Source: Candidatus Iainarchaeum sp. (lineage in GTDB: Archaea; Iainarchaeota; Iainarchaeia; Iainarchaeales; UBA10219). Taken from it: a stretch of DNA of 64,000 nucleotides. The stretch covers positions 1-64,000 of the forward strand of contig JAGVWE010000004.1 in assembly GCA_018304425.1 (NCBI GenBank). Reading direction: 5' to 3'. Under the pieces are notes generated by a model. The model did no database searches, had not been told where the DNA came from, and saw only the letters and a list, made by a program, of their open reading frames with translations. Shown one piece after another: positions 18,348-28,679 of this stretch. Position 1 is the first letter of the stretch, and each line of letters begins with the position of its first letter. The translations under genes were made by a program, and so were the position numbers.

Positions 18348-18395
18348 ACAATTGTTCAATTTTTGGTGTATAATTGACTTTTATTGAACGATTGT
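18348..18395. promoter_or_regulatory. Inverted repeat in the divergent glnA/Lrp promoter region
   Basis: ACAATTGTTCAAT (18348-18360) vs ATTGAACGATTGT (18383-18395): 12/13 complementary; AT-rich context. Confidence 0.5.
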
Positions 18396-18406
18396 AGGGG
18401 GTTGAC

Positions 18407-18859
18407 GTGGAAGCGAAGGCCATTGATTCCTTGGATAGGGACATCTTAAACGCCTTGGAGGAGGATGCCAGGCGTTCCCTGCGCCAGATAGCCAAGCGGG
18501 TGCAGGCCAGCGTGACCACCGTCATGAACCGCTTGAAGCGCTTGGAGCAGACGGGAGTCGTTACCGGTTACTCGGCGCGCGTCAACTATGACCGGCTGGG
18601 CTACGAGTTCGATGCGCTCATCGATATCTCGGTTTCCAAGGGGAAACTCCTCCAGGTAGAACAGAAGATTGCCTCGCACCCCAATGTCTACGCGGTCTAC
18701 GACATCACGGGCGCAAGCGATGTAACCGTCATGGCCCGCTTCAAGACCCGGAAGGGCTTGGACGATTTCCTCAAGAAAATCCAGGCCTATGACTTCGTCG
18801 AGGACACTCACACGCACCTGGTGCTGCGCACCATCAAAGACCATAAGATGCTGGTCTAG
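18407..18859 (+). CDS. Lrp/AsnC transcriptional regulator
   Basis: DSLDRDILNALEEDARRSLRQIA HTH; VYDITGASD RAM domain. Confidence 0.95.
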   Translation: MEAKAIDSLDRDILNALEEDARRSLRQIAKRVQASVTTVMNRLKRLEQTGVVTGYSARVNYDRLGYEFDALIDISVSKGKLLQVEQKIASHPNVYAVYDITGASDVTVMARFKTRKGLDDFLKKIQAYDFVEDTHTHLVLRTIKDHKMLV

Positions 18860-18868
18860 CCGGGAAGG

Positions 18869-19288
18869 CTAGCCCCGGAATGGGTTGACAACCTTTATCC
18901 CGGGAATGCGCTTAAAATCCACCTCATTTTCCGTGACAATCGTTTGAATGCCGTTTTCCAGCATGGTTTGCGCAAGCAAGGCGTCCCAGAACGGGACCTT
19001 GTAATTGATGGCCAGTTCAATGGTGTGTTCGATTGTCTCCCGTGCGTAATAAATGAGGCCAAATCGTTCCAGCAATTCTCGCACGGTTTGAGCCAGAAAG
19101 GCCGTGTAAAGCTTTTTTCTGAGTACGACGGCGGCAAACTCGCCCAGGCATTGGGGCGACAGAAAAGCAAAAGGGTTCAATTTGTTTGCTTCCATGAACG
19201 CCAGCGCCTGCTGGTGTTTCTCGCCGGCGTCTTCGTCGTGCAAATAGACTAAGACGTTTGCATCAATCAGAAAGGGGCCCTCGTCCAT
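18869..19288 (-). CDS. PIN-domain (VapC-like) toxin
   Basis: LIDANVLVY, LGEF, FWDALLA, TENEVDF. Confidence 0.92.
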   Translation of the reverse strand: MDEGPFLIDANVLVYLHDEDAGEKHQQALAFMEANKLNPFAFLSPQCLGEFAAVVLRKKLYTAFLAQTVRELLERFGLIYYARETIEHTIELAINYKVPFWDALLAQTMLENGIQTIVTENEVDFKRIPGIKVVNPFRG

Positions 19289-19514
19289 ATGCCATTTCCC
19301 GCCTGTAATTCTTGATTCCGAGATGCCAGCCTTTTTTGGCTCTCTTTAATATGCTTTCCATCGCAGCCTTCCTCTTCTCGTTCAAGGCCACTTCTTGTAC
19401 GGCTTCCTCGATTACCTTGGCCATGGAGCCCTTCCTTGATTTATACTTAAACTCAGCCAACGCCCTAAGCAATTTTTCTGCTTCTGGTTTCAATGAGAGG
19501 GTAATGTTGCCCAC
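19263..19514 (-). CDS. VapB-like antitoxin (RHH-like)
   Basis: GTG start after GGTGA; GNITLSL..GSMAKVIEEAV..RREMAYGR; overlaps the PIN gene. Confidence 0.75.
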   Translation of the reverse strand: MGNITLSLKPEAEKLLRALAEFKYKSRKGSMAKVIEEAVQEVALNEKRKAAMESILKRAKKGWHLGIKNYRREMAYGRGPLSD

Positions 19515-19629
19515 CGGTTCACCCACATACATATGCCAGTGATGTAAATATATCTTTCGCCCAGCCTCAGAAGCCACATATTCGTCAATCAACGAAATAA
19601 TTAAAAGCCCTTCCCTTCCCCTATTTTCC

Positions 19630-22600
19630 ATGCGCCCCGCTTTTCTCCGGGCGCTGGCTCTCCTCGCTGCCCTGCTTTTCCTCGCCGGTTGCACGGGAAA
19701 GGTTTCCCAAGCCGACCGCATGGCCTGCCTCAACCTTACTTACTACTATGACACGGGCATCCCCGAATGCAAGTCCCAGGAAGACTGCCTGTCGAAAGCC
19801 GTCAAGGCCTTTGACCTGGACTTCGACAAATTCCAGCCCCTCATCCGGCAGGGCCTCACCGAGTACGTGAACCGGCTGGCCAAGGCCTGGCTGCACCTCA
19901 ACACGGCCCGGCAGAAACTCCGCGAAATCAACGTGCTTTGCACGGCCTCCGAAAACTTTTCCGGCCTACGCCAGCAAGCCAACGATTTTTCCAATGCCCT
20001 GCTCCTGGCCGCCGGAGAAACCGATGCCCTTGCCGCCCTGGCCCCCGACCTCATCGAGGCAGAACGCGCCTACCTCCTCTCCCAGGACGTCAACCAATTG
20101 CCGGACACCCCGTTATTCGATGACTTCCGCGAGCTCTCGAAGAACGCCAACGAGTTCAGGAAAAGCGACCCGGAAAAAGCCCCGGACTCGTATGCCGGCC
20201 TCCAGTACACGGCCGCAACCCGGTTCAGCAGCCTCACGGCAAGCCAAGACATCCAAGTCAAGGAACTCTCTTCCCTGGACTTCGTCGGCAAGTACGTGAA
20301 ATCCTTTGCCCGGTTCATCCCCGTGTCCAAGGAATTCGTGCCCGTCATCTCCGATGCCCTCTCCTCGTGGGTGGAGCGGCTTTCCAGCACGCTTTCCGTG
20401 AAAGACGGCATGGCCCTCTTGCAGCAGTCCAAGCCCTATGATTTTTTCGAAGCCTTCAGCGCCTTCGTGGGCCCAAATGCTTCCGCTTCCCAGGCCTTCC
20501 TCGCCCTGTTTTCCTCGGCCTCCCGGCACAAGAAAGCCCTGGAAGCCGAAGACCAGCGGTTGTTCGACGAAAGCCAGGCCCACCTCCAAGCCGTGGACAA
20601 AACCCTTTCCACCCTGGACGCGGGAAGCCTGGCCGGTTTTGACGCTGGAGTAGCCAGCTCGTTGTTCCTCGCCTTCGGCAGCCCCCAAGCCCTGAGCCCT
20701 GAAAGCCTTTCACTGGGCAGCCCCAGCCAATCCATTCCTGCCATCCAAGCACAAGCCACCCTGCTCTCCAAGAAACTCGTGAACGCCTTGGCCGGCGGCA
20801 AGACCCTCGGCCAACGCACCATCGGATTGCGGGAAACCACGGAAGCGGCTGCCCTGCTCTTGCAGCGCACCACTTTTTTCGTCAACGATTCCCTGGCCGG
20901 GCTCTCCGACTTATGCCAGGCCAAGGCCGGCCTCATCCGCCAACAAGTCAAATCCCTCCAACAGGAAACCAAGGGCCTGCCTTCTTCCGCTCCCCAAGAA
21001 CAGCAGCTCCTCTCCACCCTTGCCTCCTTTGAACAAGCCCAGGGCACCGGCCGCAAGCTCTTGAAATGCCAGGCCCTCCTGGAAGCCCACAAGGCGTTCG
21101 AGCAGTTCTTTCAGGACCCGGCAGGCCTTCCCCTGGAACAGCGCGCGCAAACCCTGGACTGCATTGCCTTCGCCGAGCAGGCCCTGGACGCGCACGCCAA
21201 CGACTTGAAACCCTTGTTCCCCTCCTTTGCCCGCGTGAAACTCCTCTTCGAATCCAATGCCCCCGAAGAACAAGTGAATGCCGCCTGCCAGTCCCTGCGC
21301 CAGCAAATAAAGGAGTCCCTGGCCGCCCTGCCAGCCGTGCACTCCATTGAAGAAGACCGTGCCCGGCTCGAGGCCAGCGTTTCCGCCCTCGAAGGCCTAG
21401 GCCTCTACAGCCCAAGCCATGCCAGCGGCAAACTCGCCGAGTACCGACGAGCCCTCGAAGAAAACAAGCCCTACTTTTCTGGGGACTCCCTGGACCTCGA
21501 AAAAGCCTTGGACCGGCTTTCCGCGCTCCAAAAAAACCTGGGCCAGGGCGCTTCAGACGCCCGACAGGAATTCCTTCGCCTGCTGGCCCGGTTCCTCGCC
21601 GACACCGCGGCCTGGTCCGAGGAAAAACCTTCCACCTATTACGCGGACCAACCCCTGGAGTCCAGGCTCGTCGTGGAGTTCTCCAACCCATTTCCCGAAA
21701 TCAGGGAACCCCTCCAAGTGTCCCGCCCCTTCGAGGCAGCCCAAAAAGTTTCAAGCCAAACCCTGGACCCGGCCATCGCGCGCGTGGAGTTCAAGGGCGA
21801 AGCCCTGGTCTTCCACCTGGCCTATGTTCCAGCCAACTCCTTTTCAGCCGCGTTCACGTTGTCCGAGGAGCCCATCACCACGGAAACCAGGCATTCCCTG
21901 GAAAGCGTTTCCCTGGATTCAGCGGAAGCAAAAACCCTTATCCACGTTCACGCCGCCGAACCCGTGCAAAACCTTTTCGTCTCGGCTTCCCTGCTCTCCG
22001 CCGGCCAGCCACAGCACCTCTTCCTCCACGCCCATGGCGTGGCCCTGCCCTTCACCTTGACCGGCAACCAGGTGGAGTTCTCGTTGCCGCATGCCTTTGA
22101 CGGCCAGGAGATCCAGGCAGACTATTCCCTCCCCCAACCCCTTGCCTACTCGTTTTCCCTTTCCACCCAAAAAGCCCTGGACCTCAACACCACGCAACTG
22201 GAGTACACCCTTTCCCTGGAAAACCAGCTGCCCCTCGAATGGCCGGCCAGGCGCCTGCTCCTGCCCCTGCCCCTGCAAGAAAACGCCATCGAGGGCCTCC
22301 AATTGTTTGACGAAACCGGCCGGGAACTGCAATTCCTTGGCTTTGTAGGCCAAAATATCGCCTTTACCCCGCCAAAATTGCTTCCCCACCAGCCCACCCA
22401 ACTCCTAGCACGGTTAACCCTAAAAGACTTCAAATCCTATTGGGAAGGGGTTATAAGCACGCTATTAGGGCGTGCCAGCGTGCTCTCCCAAAGCACCTAC
22501 GCCCCCATCCGGGAAAAAGCCGGTGCCTTGCTGCCACGCCTACAAGCCCTGGCCACGGGCAGCCCCCTTTCCAGCCTCCAACGGTTCCCGGAAATCATCC

Positions 22601-23787
22601 CGCTTTTCAGGGAACTCACGGAACTCGAAGCCCAGGAAAAAACGTACCTCGCAGCCTTCGAAGCCTTCAAGGCCGAGCAGTCGGACGCGCAAGCCCTGTT
22701 CGCCGCGCACGAAAACCTGGTTCCCATGCTGGCAGGAACTCCCCTCCTGGCCGCCCAACAAGCACGCCTCGGGGAAGCCCGCCAAAAACTCTTGCAAGCC
22801 AGCCAGGCCTTTGACGCGGGCCAAGCCGAGTCCGCTCTTTCCATCCTCCGCGAGGCCCGGAAACTCTTGTCCCCGGCTTCCGGAAAAACCGATTCCCTGG
22901 TTACCACGTTACGGGCGGCCCTTAGCCAATGGTTCGCGGACGCCAAGGAAAAATTCCGGCAAGCCAAATCGCTGGGCCTGGAATCCAAGCTCGTGATTTC
23001 CTTCAACGAACTCCAGTCCCACTGGGAAGGCCTTGAACCCCAGTTGACTTTCGCTCCTGCCGCTTCCCTCCAACAGGCCCTTGTCGCCTTCAAGCAAAAA
23101 ACAACGGCCTTCTCCAGCCAAGCGGCCTCCCTCTTCGACGAAGAAGCCGATCAAGAGCGGGCGCGCCTCGCCGCCCTCCAACAACTCAGGGAAGCAGCCG
23201 CCGAGAAAACGCGTGCCCTCTCTGCCCAACTGGCCAGCCACTCCCCGGACGAGTTGGCCGAAGCCGGTCTGGCAGCCCTTCCCCGCCGGTTGGATTCCTT
23301 CCAGGAAACCCTGAAAAAACTCGAACCCGAAAACCCGCCAGCCGCTGACGAGGCCTTGCAGGCCACCGGCCCCCTGGCCTTTCTCCTGGAATCAAAGGCC
23401 AGGCGGTCCAGCCTGGAACGCGAGGAAAAGAGCCTGCAAAAACTCGGCACTGACTTGGACGAAACCCTGGCCCAAATCTCCGGCAAAGCCGTTGCCCAGT
23501 ACAACTCGGCTGCCACTCTTTACAATGCCGCCGAAACAAACCCCGAAGTCGAAGGCCTGCTAACCCGGGCCAAGCAGGAAATCAGGGACAAGTCCTTCCT
23601 GGCCTCCCTCGCCTCCACGAATGCCGCTACCGCCCTCTTGTCCTTCCGAAAACCAACCACGGCATTCACGGTGCCCCTGCCGGTTTATCCCCTCATGCTG
23701 GTCGTGGCCACCATCCTCTTCTTCCGGCTCCGCCAACAAAAAAGGGAAAAACAGGTGCCGGAAGAAAAAACCGTTGAAAGGGCCTAA
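19630..23787 (+). CDS. Large (1385 aa) lipoprotein with C-terminal TM anchor
   Basis: Lipobox LAGC; helical, beta-rich and coiled-coil segments; C-terminal TM plus basic tail. Confidence 0.85.
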   Translation: MRPAFLRALALLAALLFLAGCTGKVSQADRMACLNLTYYYDTGIPECKSQEDCLSKAVKAFDLDFDKFQPLIRQGLTEYVNRLAKAWLHLNTARQKLREINVLCTASENFSGLRQQANDFSNALLLAAGETDALAALAPDLIEAERAYLLSQDVNQLPDTPLFDDFRELSKNANEFRKSDPEKAPDSYAGLQYTAATRFSSLTASQDIQVKELSSLDFVGKYVKSFARFIPVSKEFVPVISDALSSWVERLSSTLSVKDGMALLQQSKPYDFFEAFSAFVGPNASASQAFLALFSSASRHKKALEAEDQRLFDESQAHLQAVDKTLSTLDAGSLAGFDAGVASSLFLAFGSPQALSPESLSLGSPSQSIPAIQAQATLLSKKLVNALAGGKTLGQRTIGLRETTEAAALLLQRTTFFVNDSLAGLSDLCQAKAGLIRQQVKSLQQETKGLPSSAPQEQQLLSTLASFEQAQGTGRKLLKCQALLEAHKAFEQFFQDPAGLPLEQRAQTLDCIAFAEQALDAHANDLKPLFPSFARVKLLFESNAPEEQVNAACQSLRQQIKESLAALPAVHSIEEDRARLEASVSALEGLGLYSPSHASGKLAEYRRALEENKPYFSGDSLDLEKALDRLSALQKNLGQGASDARQEFLRLLARFLADTAAWSEEKPSTYYADQPLESRLVVEFSNPFPEIREPLQVSRPFEAAQKVSSQTLDPAIARVEFKGEALVFHLAYVPANSFSAAFTLSEEPITTETRHSLESVSLDSAEAKTLIHVHAAEPVQNLFVSASLLSAGQPQHLFLHAHGVALPFTLTGNQVEFSLPHAFDGQEIQADYSLPQPLAYSFSLSTQKALDLNTTQLEYTLSLENQLPLEWPARRLLLPLPLQENAIEGLQLFDETGRELQFLGFVGQNIAFTPPKLLPHQPTQLLARLTLKDFKSYWEGVISTLLGRASVLSQSTYAPIREKAGALLPRLQALATGSPLSSLQRFPEIIPLFRELTELEAQEKTYLAAFEAFKAEQSDAQALFAAHENLVPMLAGTPLLAAQQARLGEARQKLLQASQAFDAGQAESALSILREARKLLSPASGKTDSLVTTLRAALSQWFADAKEKFRQAKSLGLESKLVISFNELQSHWEGLEPQLTFAPAASLQQALVAFKQKTTAFSSQAASLFDEEADQERARLAALQQLREAAAEKTRALSAQLASHSPDELAEAGLAALPRRLDSFQETLKKLEPENPPAADEALQATGPLAFLLESKARRSSLEREEKSLQKLGTDLDETLAQISGKAVAQYNSAATLYNAAETNPEVEGLLTRAKQEIRDKSFLASLASTNAATALLSFRKPTTAFTVPLPVYPLMLVVATILFFRLRQQKREKQVPEEKTVERA

Positions 23788-23863
23788 CGGACAAGCTTTT
23801 TTCGTTTTCAAAGAAACTATTTCCACCGTTCTTATGTAGCAGAAAGCTACTAATTGGTGCGGC

Positions 23864-25123
23864 CTAGCTTCGGTTGATATACCCATAAGCCAGGCCCGCC
23901 ACCACCACCAGGGCCAGGCCAGCCAGCAAGGCCGGGTTCACGTTATCTTCTTCCACCGTGATCGTTACCGGCTCGCATTCCGCGAACCGAAGCCGTACTT
24001 CCTGGTAAACGGTTTCACACCCCAAGGCATAGGCCCCCGGGGCATCCGCTTTCACCCGCACTTCCAGGTACTCGGTTCCCTGCGCGGGAATGAACTCGAA
24101 TTCCTTCACATCGTTTCCTTCCAGCGTCAAACCCGGGTCCACCCTCAACGAGAGCCGTACATCCGATACCCCTGCCAAGGACGTGTTCTTCAAGGCCACC
24201 CGCCCCACATACGTCTGGCCCACCTTCACGATTTCCTTTTCGCTCAGGATAAGGGGCTTCACCTTCACCTTCGCAGTCATTGCTTCAATCGACGGCCGAT
24301 TCGATTCCCTTGCCTGCCGTTCCCCAAACACATCCACGTACTCGAACTGGGCCGGCAACAAACTCATCTTCGTGGCCTCGGCAGCCTTCACCCAGTACAC
24401 GAACTCCTTTTCCCCGGGCTGCACGCAGGCCCCCTCCCCCGAATAAGCGCGGCACTTCGGAACCAGCGCCTGCCTGGCCTCCGTTGCTCCCTTCAGCACC
24501 ACGATTTCGGGCTGCTTTTCCTCCAGGGAAGGCTTCCGGTAACTGAAGTCAATGACGGCATCCGCACCCCCCCGGTTCCTCACCTTCACCGCGATCGCGA
24601 ACTCGTCCCCCACCACCGGACTAGTCTCCGAGGGCTCCATCGTGAACGAGTCCGGCGAGGAAAAATCCGGCAACCGGTACACCCCCACCCTGGAATCCGG
24701 TTCCACCCCGATCCTCGTCGCCGAAAAAGAGGTCTTCGCACACCACCGCAACTCGTTCTTCTGCCGTAACTCGGCTGCCGGCAGCCACACCCGCAGCCAC
24801 TCCCCTGCCAGGATTTTCTCGTTTACCTCCGCTACCGGGGCCTGGCCCTTGTTGAGGAACACATTGAAGTCAAACCGGTCCCACACGGGGGATACATTCA
24901 AGTGCAGCGAGGCAATCGTCGCCTCCCCTGGCAGGCTTGAACCCTGCGCTTCCAGGAAAAACGCCTGTCCACAGTCCACCTGGTTCACGCCCTCGACCTG
25001 AAAGCCCTCAAACCCCAGCTCCGAAAAACCCGTTTCCCGGAGGGTCTCGGCTTCTGCCCCGGCACTCAACGCAAGCAGCACAGCGGCAAGCCACGCAAAA
25101 AGAGTCCATCCACTCCGCCTCAT
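23864..25123 (-). CDS. Secreted Ig-like (CARDB/BatD-like) surface protein with C-terminal TM
   Basis: Signal peptide MRRSGWTLFAW..AEA; VGDEFAIAVKVRNRG and ALKNTS Ig-like motifs; C-terminal TM. Confidence 0.75.
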   Translation of the reverse strand: MRRSGWTLFAWLAAVLLALSAGAEAETLRETGFSELGFEGFQVEGVNQVDCGQAFFLEAQGSSLPGEATIASLHLNVSPVWDRFDFNVFLNKGQAPVAEVNEKILAGEWLRVWLPAAELRQKNELRWCAKTSFSATRIGVEPDSRVGVYRLPDFSSPDSFTMEPSETSPVVGDEFAIAVKVRNRGGADAVIDFSYRKPSLEEKQPEIVVLKGATEARQALVPKCRAYSGEGACVQPGEKEFVYWVKAAEATKMSLLPAQFEYVDVFGERQARESNRPSIEAMTAKVKVKPLILSEKEIVKVGQTYVGRVALKNTSLAGVSDVRLSLRVDPGLTLEGNDVKEFEFIPAQGTEYLEVRVKADAPGAYALGCETVYQEVRLRFAECEPVTITVEEDNVNPALLAGLALVVVAGLAYGYINRS

Positions 25124-25623
25124 TTCAGGAAACCCCTGGCCCGTAAACCGCTTATTATATGCTGCATTGTTTCTTTTATACCTTTCTTGGCCTGGACCTC
25201 CAAGACCTTCTTCTTGCCATACTTGCGCAGGGCATGCTTGAGGCAATAGTCGATGCCCTCGCAGAAGACGTTGTCCTGGATTTTTTCGGCACGGTAGCCC
25301 CTGTGCTCGAGCCGCGCCTCCAGCACCTCGGGATGCACCCTTAACACGACCACCACGTCCACGTCCAGTCGGGTCTCGCACAATAGGTGCCCTTCCACGA
25401 CCAGGTGCTGGTGCCGGCCGCGCCGGCGCAGCTCGAGGTTCAACTCCCTCCGCAAGGCTGCCAGGGGAACCACGAACTCGTTTTCCCGGACATCCCAGGC
25501 GCCGATGCCTTTCTTGACCGCGAACGCGCGTTCGTTCAGCCAGGGGCATTTCAACCGCTTCGCGAGCAGCCGGGCAACCGAAGTCTTTCCAACGCCCGGA
25601 GAACCCGTTATGGCTACTTTCAT
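25120..25623 (-). CDS. Adenylate kinase, AK6/Fap7 family
   Basis: ITGSPGVGKTS, VVEGHL, RLEHRGY..KIQDN. Confidence 0.9.
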   Translation of the reverse strand: MKVAITGSPGVGKTSVARLLAKRLKCPWLNERAFAVKKGIGAWDVRENEFVVPLAALRRELNLELRRRGRHQHLVVEGHLLCETRLDVDVVVVLRVHPEVLEARLEHRGYRAEKIQDNVFCEGIDYCLKHALRKYGKKKVLEVQAKKGIKETMQHIISGLRARGFLK

Positions 25624-25654
25624 GGAAGAAACCATGGCAGCAACGAATTAAAAA

Positions 25655-25804
25655 TCAGAGTTTGCCGCCGAATGAAAACCTGCGCTCGACGGCAATCGAA
25701 GAGTCCTGGGCCTTGGCCCCGCCCTCTTCCAGGACCCGGCACAATTCCAGCACCCTTTCGATGTCGAGTTCGCTTCCAGCAACAACCCTTTCCAATTTTG
25801 GCAC
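25655..25804 (-). CDS. 49-aa hypothetical micro-ORF (not in ORF track)
   Basis: GTG start after GAGGG; MPKLERVVAGSELDIERVLELCRVLEEGG..FSFGGKL*. Confidence 0.45.
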   Translation of the reverse strand: MPKLERVVAGSELDIERVLELCRVLEEGGAKAQDSSIAVERRFSFGGKL

Positions 25805-25964
25805 GCTAACCCCTCAAAACAAAACACTATTTACATACCCGAACTAGTTTTTATACTTTTCTCCCGCGGAATTTTTTTCCCGGGAAATCCGTCAACTGCC
25901 AAGAAAAGGCCGGCCAAAAAAACGTGTTTCCGATTCAAATACTTTCTTTCCGCTGGCAGCCGGT

Positions 25965-27857
25965 TCACCGGAGCCGGACCGCATCCAGGTTCCGGATGGC
26001 CGAGGAATTGATGTGGAACCGCGTGGAAACGGTCTTCGCGAATTCCAGGGTGTTCTGCTGGTCCCCGTGGTTGACCAGGCACCGCTTGGGCTTCGGCTTC
26101 AGGTTCCGCATGTACGCCATGAGCTCGTTCCGGTCACAGTGCCCGGAAAAGCCTTCCACGGTTTCCACGCGCATGTTGATCTTCAATTCCTTCGTTCTCC
26201 CCCCGGCCACCGTGATGGGGATGCTCCGCAGCCCGCCCTGGATCTTCCGCCCCAGGCTTCCCTCGCCCTGCCAGCCCACGAAGATAAGCGCGTTCTGGGG
26301 GTTCTCCGAAAGCCGGTATAAGTAGTCCAGGCTGGCTCCCCCGGTCAGCATGCCGCTGGAAGCCAAAATGATGGCCCCCCCCTGGTTCAAGACCTCGTCC
26401 CGGGTCTGCGGCGTAACCGACTGGAAGATGTCCGAAGTGAACGGCGAGTCATTCTGCAAGACCCTCCGCTGCACCTGCTTGCGCAGGTATTCAGGATAAG
26501 CCGTGTGGATGGCCGAAGCCTCTTTCACCAGGCCATCGATGTAGCATTTCGCCTGCAGCCGGCCAGTCCGGTACGCGTCCTCGATGACCAGCATGAGCTC
26601 CTGGGAGCGGCCCACCGCGAACACGGGAATCAAGACGTTGCCGCCCTTGTGCACGACCTCCGCCACCAGCCGCACCAGCCGCTCCTCGGCTTCCTCGCGT
26701 GGGGGGTGGATGTCGTCCCTTCCCCCATACGTTGACTCGATGATGAGGGTCTCGAGCCTCGGATACTTCATGTCCACGTTGTTGAACAGCCTCGTAAAAC
26801 CGTACTTGATGTCCCCGGAGTACACCAGGTTGTGGGCCCCATCCCCTATGTGCAGGTGCACGGAAGCCGAGCCCAGGATGTGCGCCGCGTTGTGCAGCGT
26901 CAACCGCATGTCCGGCGCGATGTCCGTAACTTCCCGGTACTCCCGGGGAATGCAGTACTTCACCATTTCCTTCACGTCCCGCTCCGTGTAAGGCGGTTCC
27001 TTTCCCTCCTTCAACAGGACATCGATGTAGTCAAACCCCATCAACGCCATCAAATCCCGGGCCGGAGGCGTGCAATACACGGGGCCCCGGTAGCCCAGCT
27101 TGAACAAGTAGGGAACGAACCCGCAGTGGTCCATGTGGGGGTGCGAGATGATGACGGCATTCAATTCGTTGACCGGGAACCGGATGGCGTCCAGGTACGG
27201 ATAGGGTTCCTCGGGGTCCGCGACGTTGATGCCGCAGTCCATGAGCACCTTGGTTTCCCGGGTCTCCACCAGCATGCAACTCCGCCCCACCTGCCGGAAG
27301 CCGCCCAAAGCCGTCAACCGGATCCAGCTGTTCTTGTCGGTTGTTTCCCGGTAAATGTTTTTCGCCACTTCTTGGAGGATTTTCTTGCGCTCGTTGCTGT
27401 ACTTGTGGAGGTGGTGCCTGACCCCTTTCAGGATTTCCGAGTCACTGGTCGGGGCGCGGATGATGTTGGGCGTCCAACCCGTTTCCAGGATGATTTTCTT
27501 CGAGGTTTCCCCACCCTTGCCAATGACCAGGCCGGGCTTGATGGCTTCAATGGTCACCTCGGAAAAGGCCGGGCTGAAATAGAGTTGCTTGACAATGGCT
27601 TCCTTGGGAACGATTTGCTCCAGCAAGGCCCGGGCCTTTTCCTCTTCCAAGAGCAATGACTTGTCCGTGCGGATGTTGATGCGCTTCTTCAAGTCAAACG
27701 CGATTTTCGCGACGTAGCCCTCGTTTTCGAAGAACGCCTTGGGGTTCCGGGTGTAGATGGCTACTTCGGGGCCCTCCATCTCAATGCTCGTAATCTGGGT
27801 CTCGGCCGGCAAAGCCGCCTGAATGGTTTCCTTTATTTGCTTGAGAAAATCAACCAC
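25965..27857 (-). CDS. fttA: Beta-CASP ribonuclease aCPSF1 / termination factor FttA
   Basis: N-terminal KH domains (EGPEVAIY, KPGLVIGKGG), SHPHMDHCG, HILGS, GFSGHCD, VNHGD. Confidence 0.97.
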   Translation of the reverse strand: MVDFLKQIKETIQAALPAETQITSIEMEGPEVAIYTRNPKAFFENEGYVAKIAFDLKKRINIRTDKSLLLEEEKARALLEQIVPKEAIVKQLYFSPAFSEVTIEAIKPGLVIGKGGETSKKIILETGWTPNIIRAPTSDSEILKGVRHHLHKYSNERKKILQEVAKNIYRETTDKNSWIRLTALGGFRQVGRSCMLVETRETKVLMDCGINVADPEEPYPYLDAIRFPVNELNAVIISHPHMDHCGFVPYLFKLGYRGPVYCTPPARDLMALMGFDYIDVLLKEGKEPPYTERDVKEMVKYCIPREYREVTDIAPDMRLTLHNAAHILGSASVHLHIGDGAHNLVYSGDIKYGFTRLFNNVDMKYPRLETLIIESTYGGRDDIHPPREEAEERLVRLVAEVVHKGGNVLIPVFAVGRSQELMLVIEDAYRTGRLQAKCYIDGLVKEASAIHTAYPEYLRKQVQRRVLQNDSPFTSDIFQSVTPQTRDEVLNQGGAIILASSGMLTGGASLDYLYRLSENPQNALIFVGWQGEGSLGRKIQGGLRSIPITVAGGRTKELKINMRVETVEGFSGHCDRNELMAYMRNLKPKPKRCLVNHGDQQNTLEFAKTVSTRFHINSSAIRNLDAVRLR

Positions 27858-27947
27858 GGTTCATCCCTCTGTGTCGTCAACCAATATAGCAACGCAAAAC
27901 GCTCGATTAATGCAGAATAAACAATCAAATCCGGCGGCGGCAGGCCG

Positions 27948-28604
27948 TTACAGGTTTACCTTGACCTGTTGGACGATGGGCGCTACTTCTTTTTCGCCCA
28001 AAATCCGGACCCCTGACTTGTCGATGACCAGCACGGACACCGATTTTCCGCCGGAGAACACGTCCCGCCGCTTTCCCGACTCGATGGCGCGGACCGCGAG
28101 CTTAATGCCTTCCTCGGTGGACAGGTTGGGCTTGAAACCCAGGTCAATGGTGGTAAGCGCGGGCTCGGTACCGGAACCGCTGACCCCGTACTTGGGCCGC
28201 TGGAGGATTCCCCCGTAAGGGGTTACTTCCCAGAGGTCGGGCTTGCCATTGATGTAGCCGCCCAACAGGAACTGGCAAATGAACGGATAATAGCGGCTGC
28301 CGTTCAACACGTTGGACAACAGGGTGGCGGCTGCCTTCGCGGACATGGGTTCCTCGCGTTCAATCTCGTACAACTGGGTCTGGCCCTTGAGGAACCGGAT
28401 GATGGTCTGACTGTCTCCCACCGAGCCCGCGTTGGTCAAGCCCATGGTGTCCGTAATCTTGTAGACCTTCTCGGACTCTTCGTCGTAAGCGATGTGGCCC
28501 ATCGAGGCACGCATGTCTGCCGCCAAAACCACGGCGTCCTTGCAGACGATGCCTACCGTCGTTGTCCCGGTTTTAAGGTCGTGTTTGCTCTCCAAGAAAT
28601 CCAC
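27948..28604 (-). CDS. psmB: Proteasome beta subunit
   Basis: KTG|TTTVGI, AADMRAS, GSVGDSQ, SGSG, RDVFSGG. Confidence 0.97.
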   Translation of the reverse strand: MDFLESKHDLKTGTTTVGIVCKDAVVLAADMRASMGHIAYDEESEKVYKITDTMGLTNAGSVGDSQTIIRFLKGQTQLYEIEREEPMSAKAAATLLSNVLNGSRYYPFICQFLLGGYINGKPDLWEVTPYGGILQRPKYGVSGSGTEPALTTIDLGFKPNLSTEEGIKLAVRAIESGKRRDVFSGGKSVSVLVIDKSGVRILGEKEVAPIVQQVKVNL

Positions 28605-28679
28605 CTAAAAATAAGTTAACCCGTTGATTATAATGCCATAGGCAAAAGTTTAAAAGGCTATTATTTGGCCTTAAAGCGG

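Noticed and set aside
18869-19514. VapBC pair as a novel system
   Set aside because: Ordinary antitoxin-PIN arrangement common in archaea
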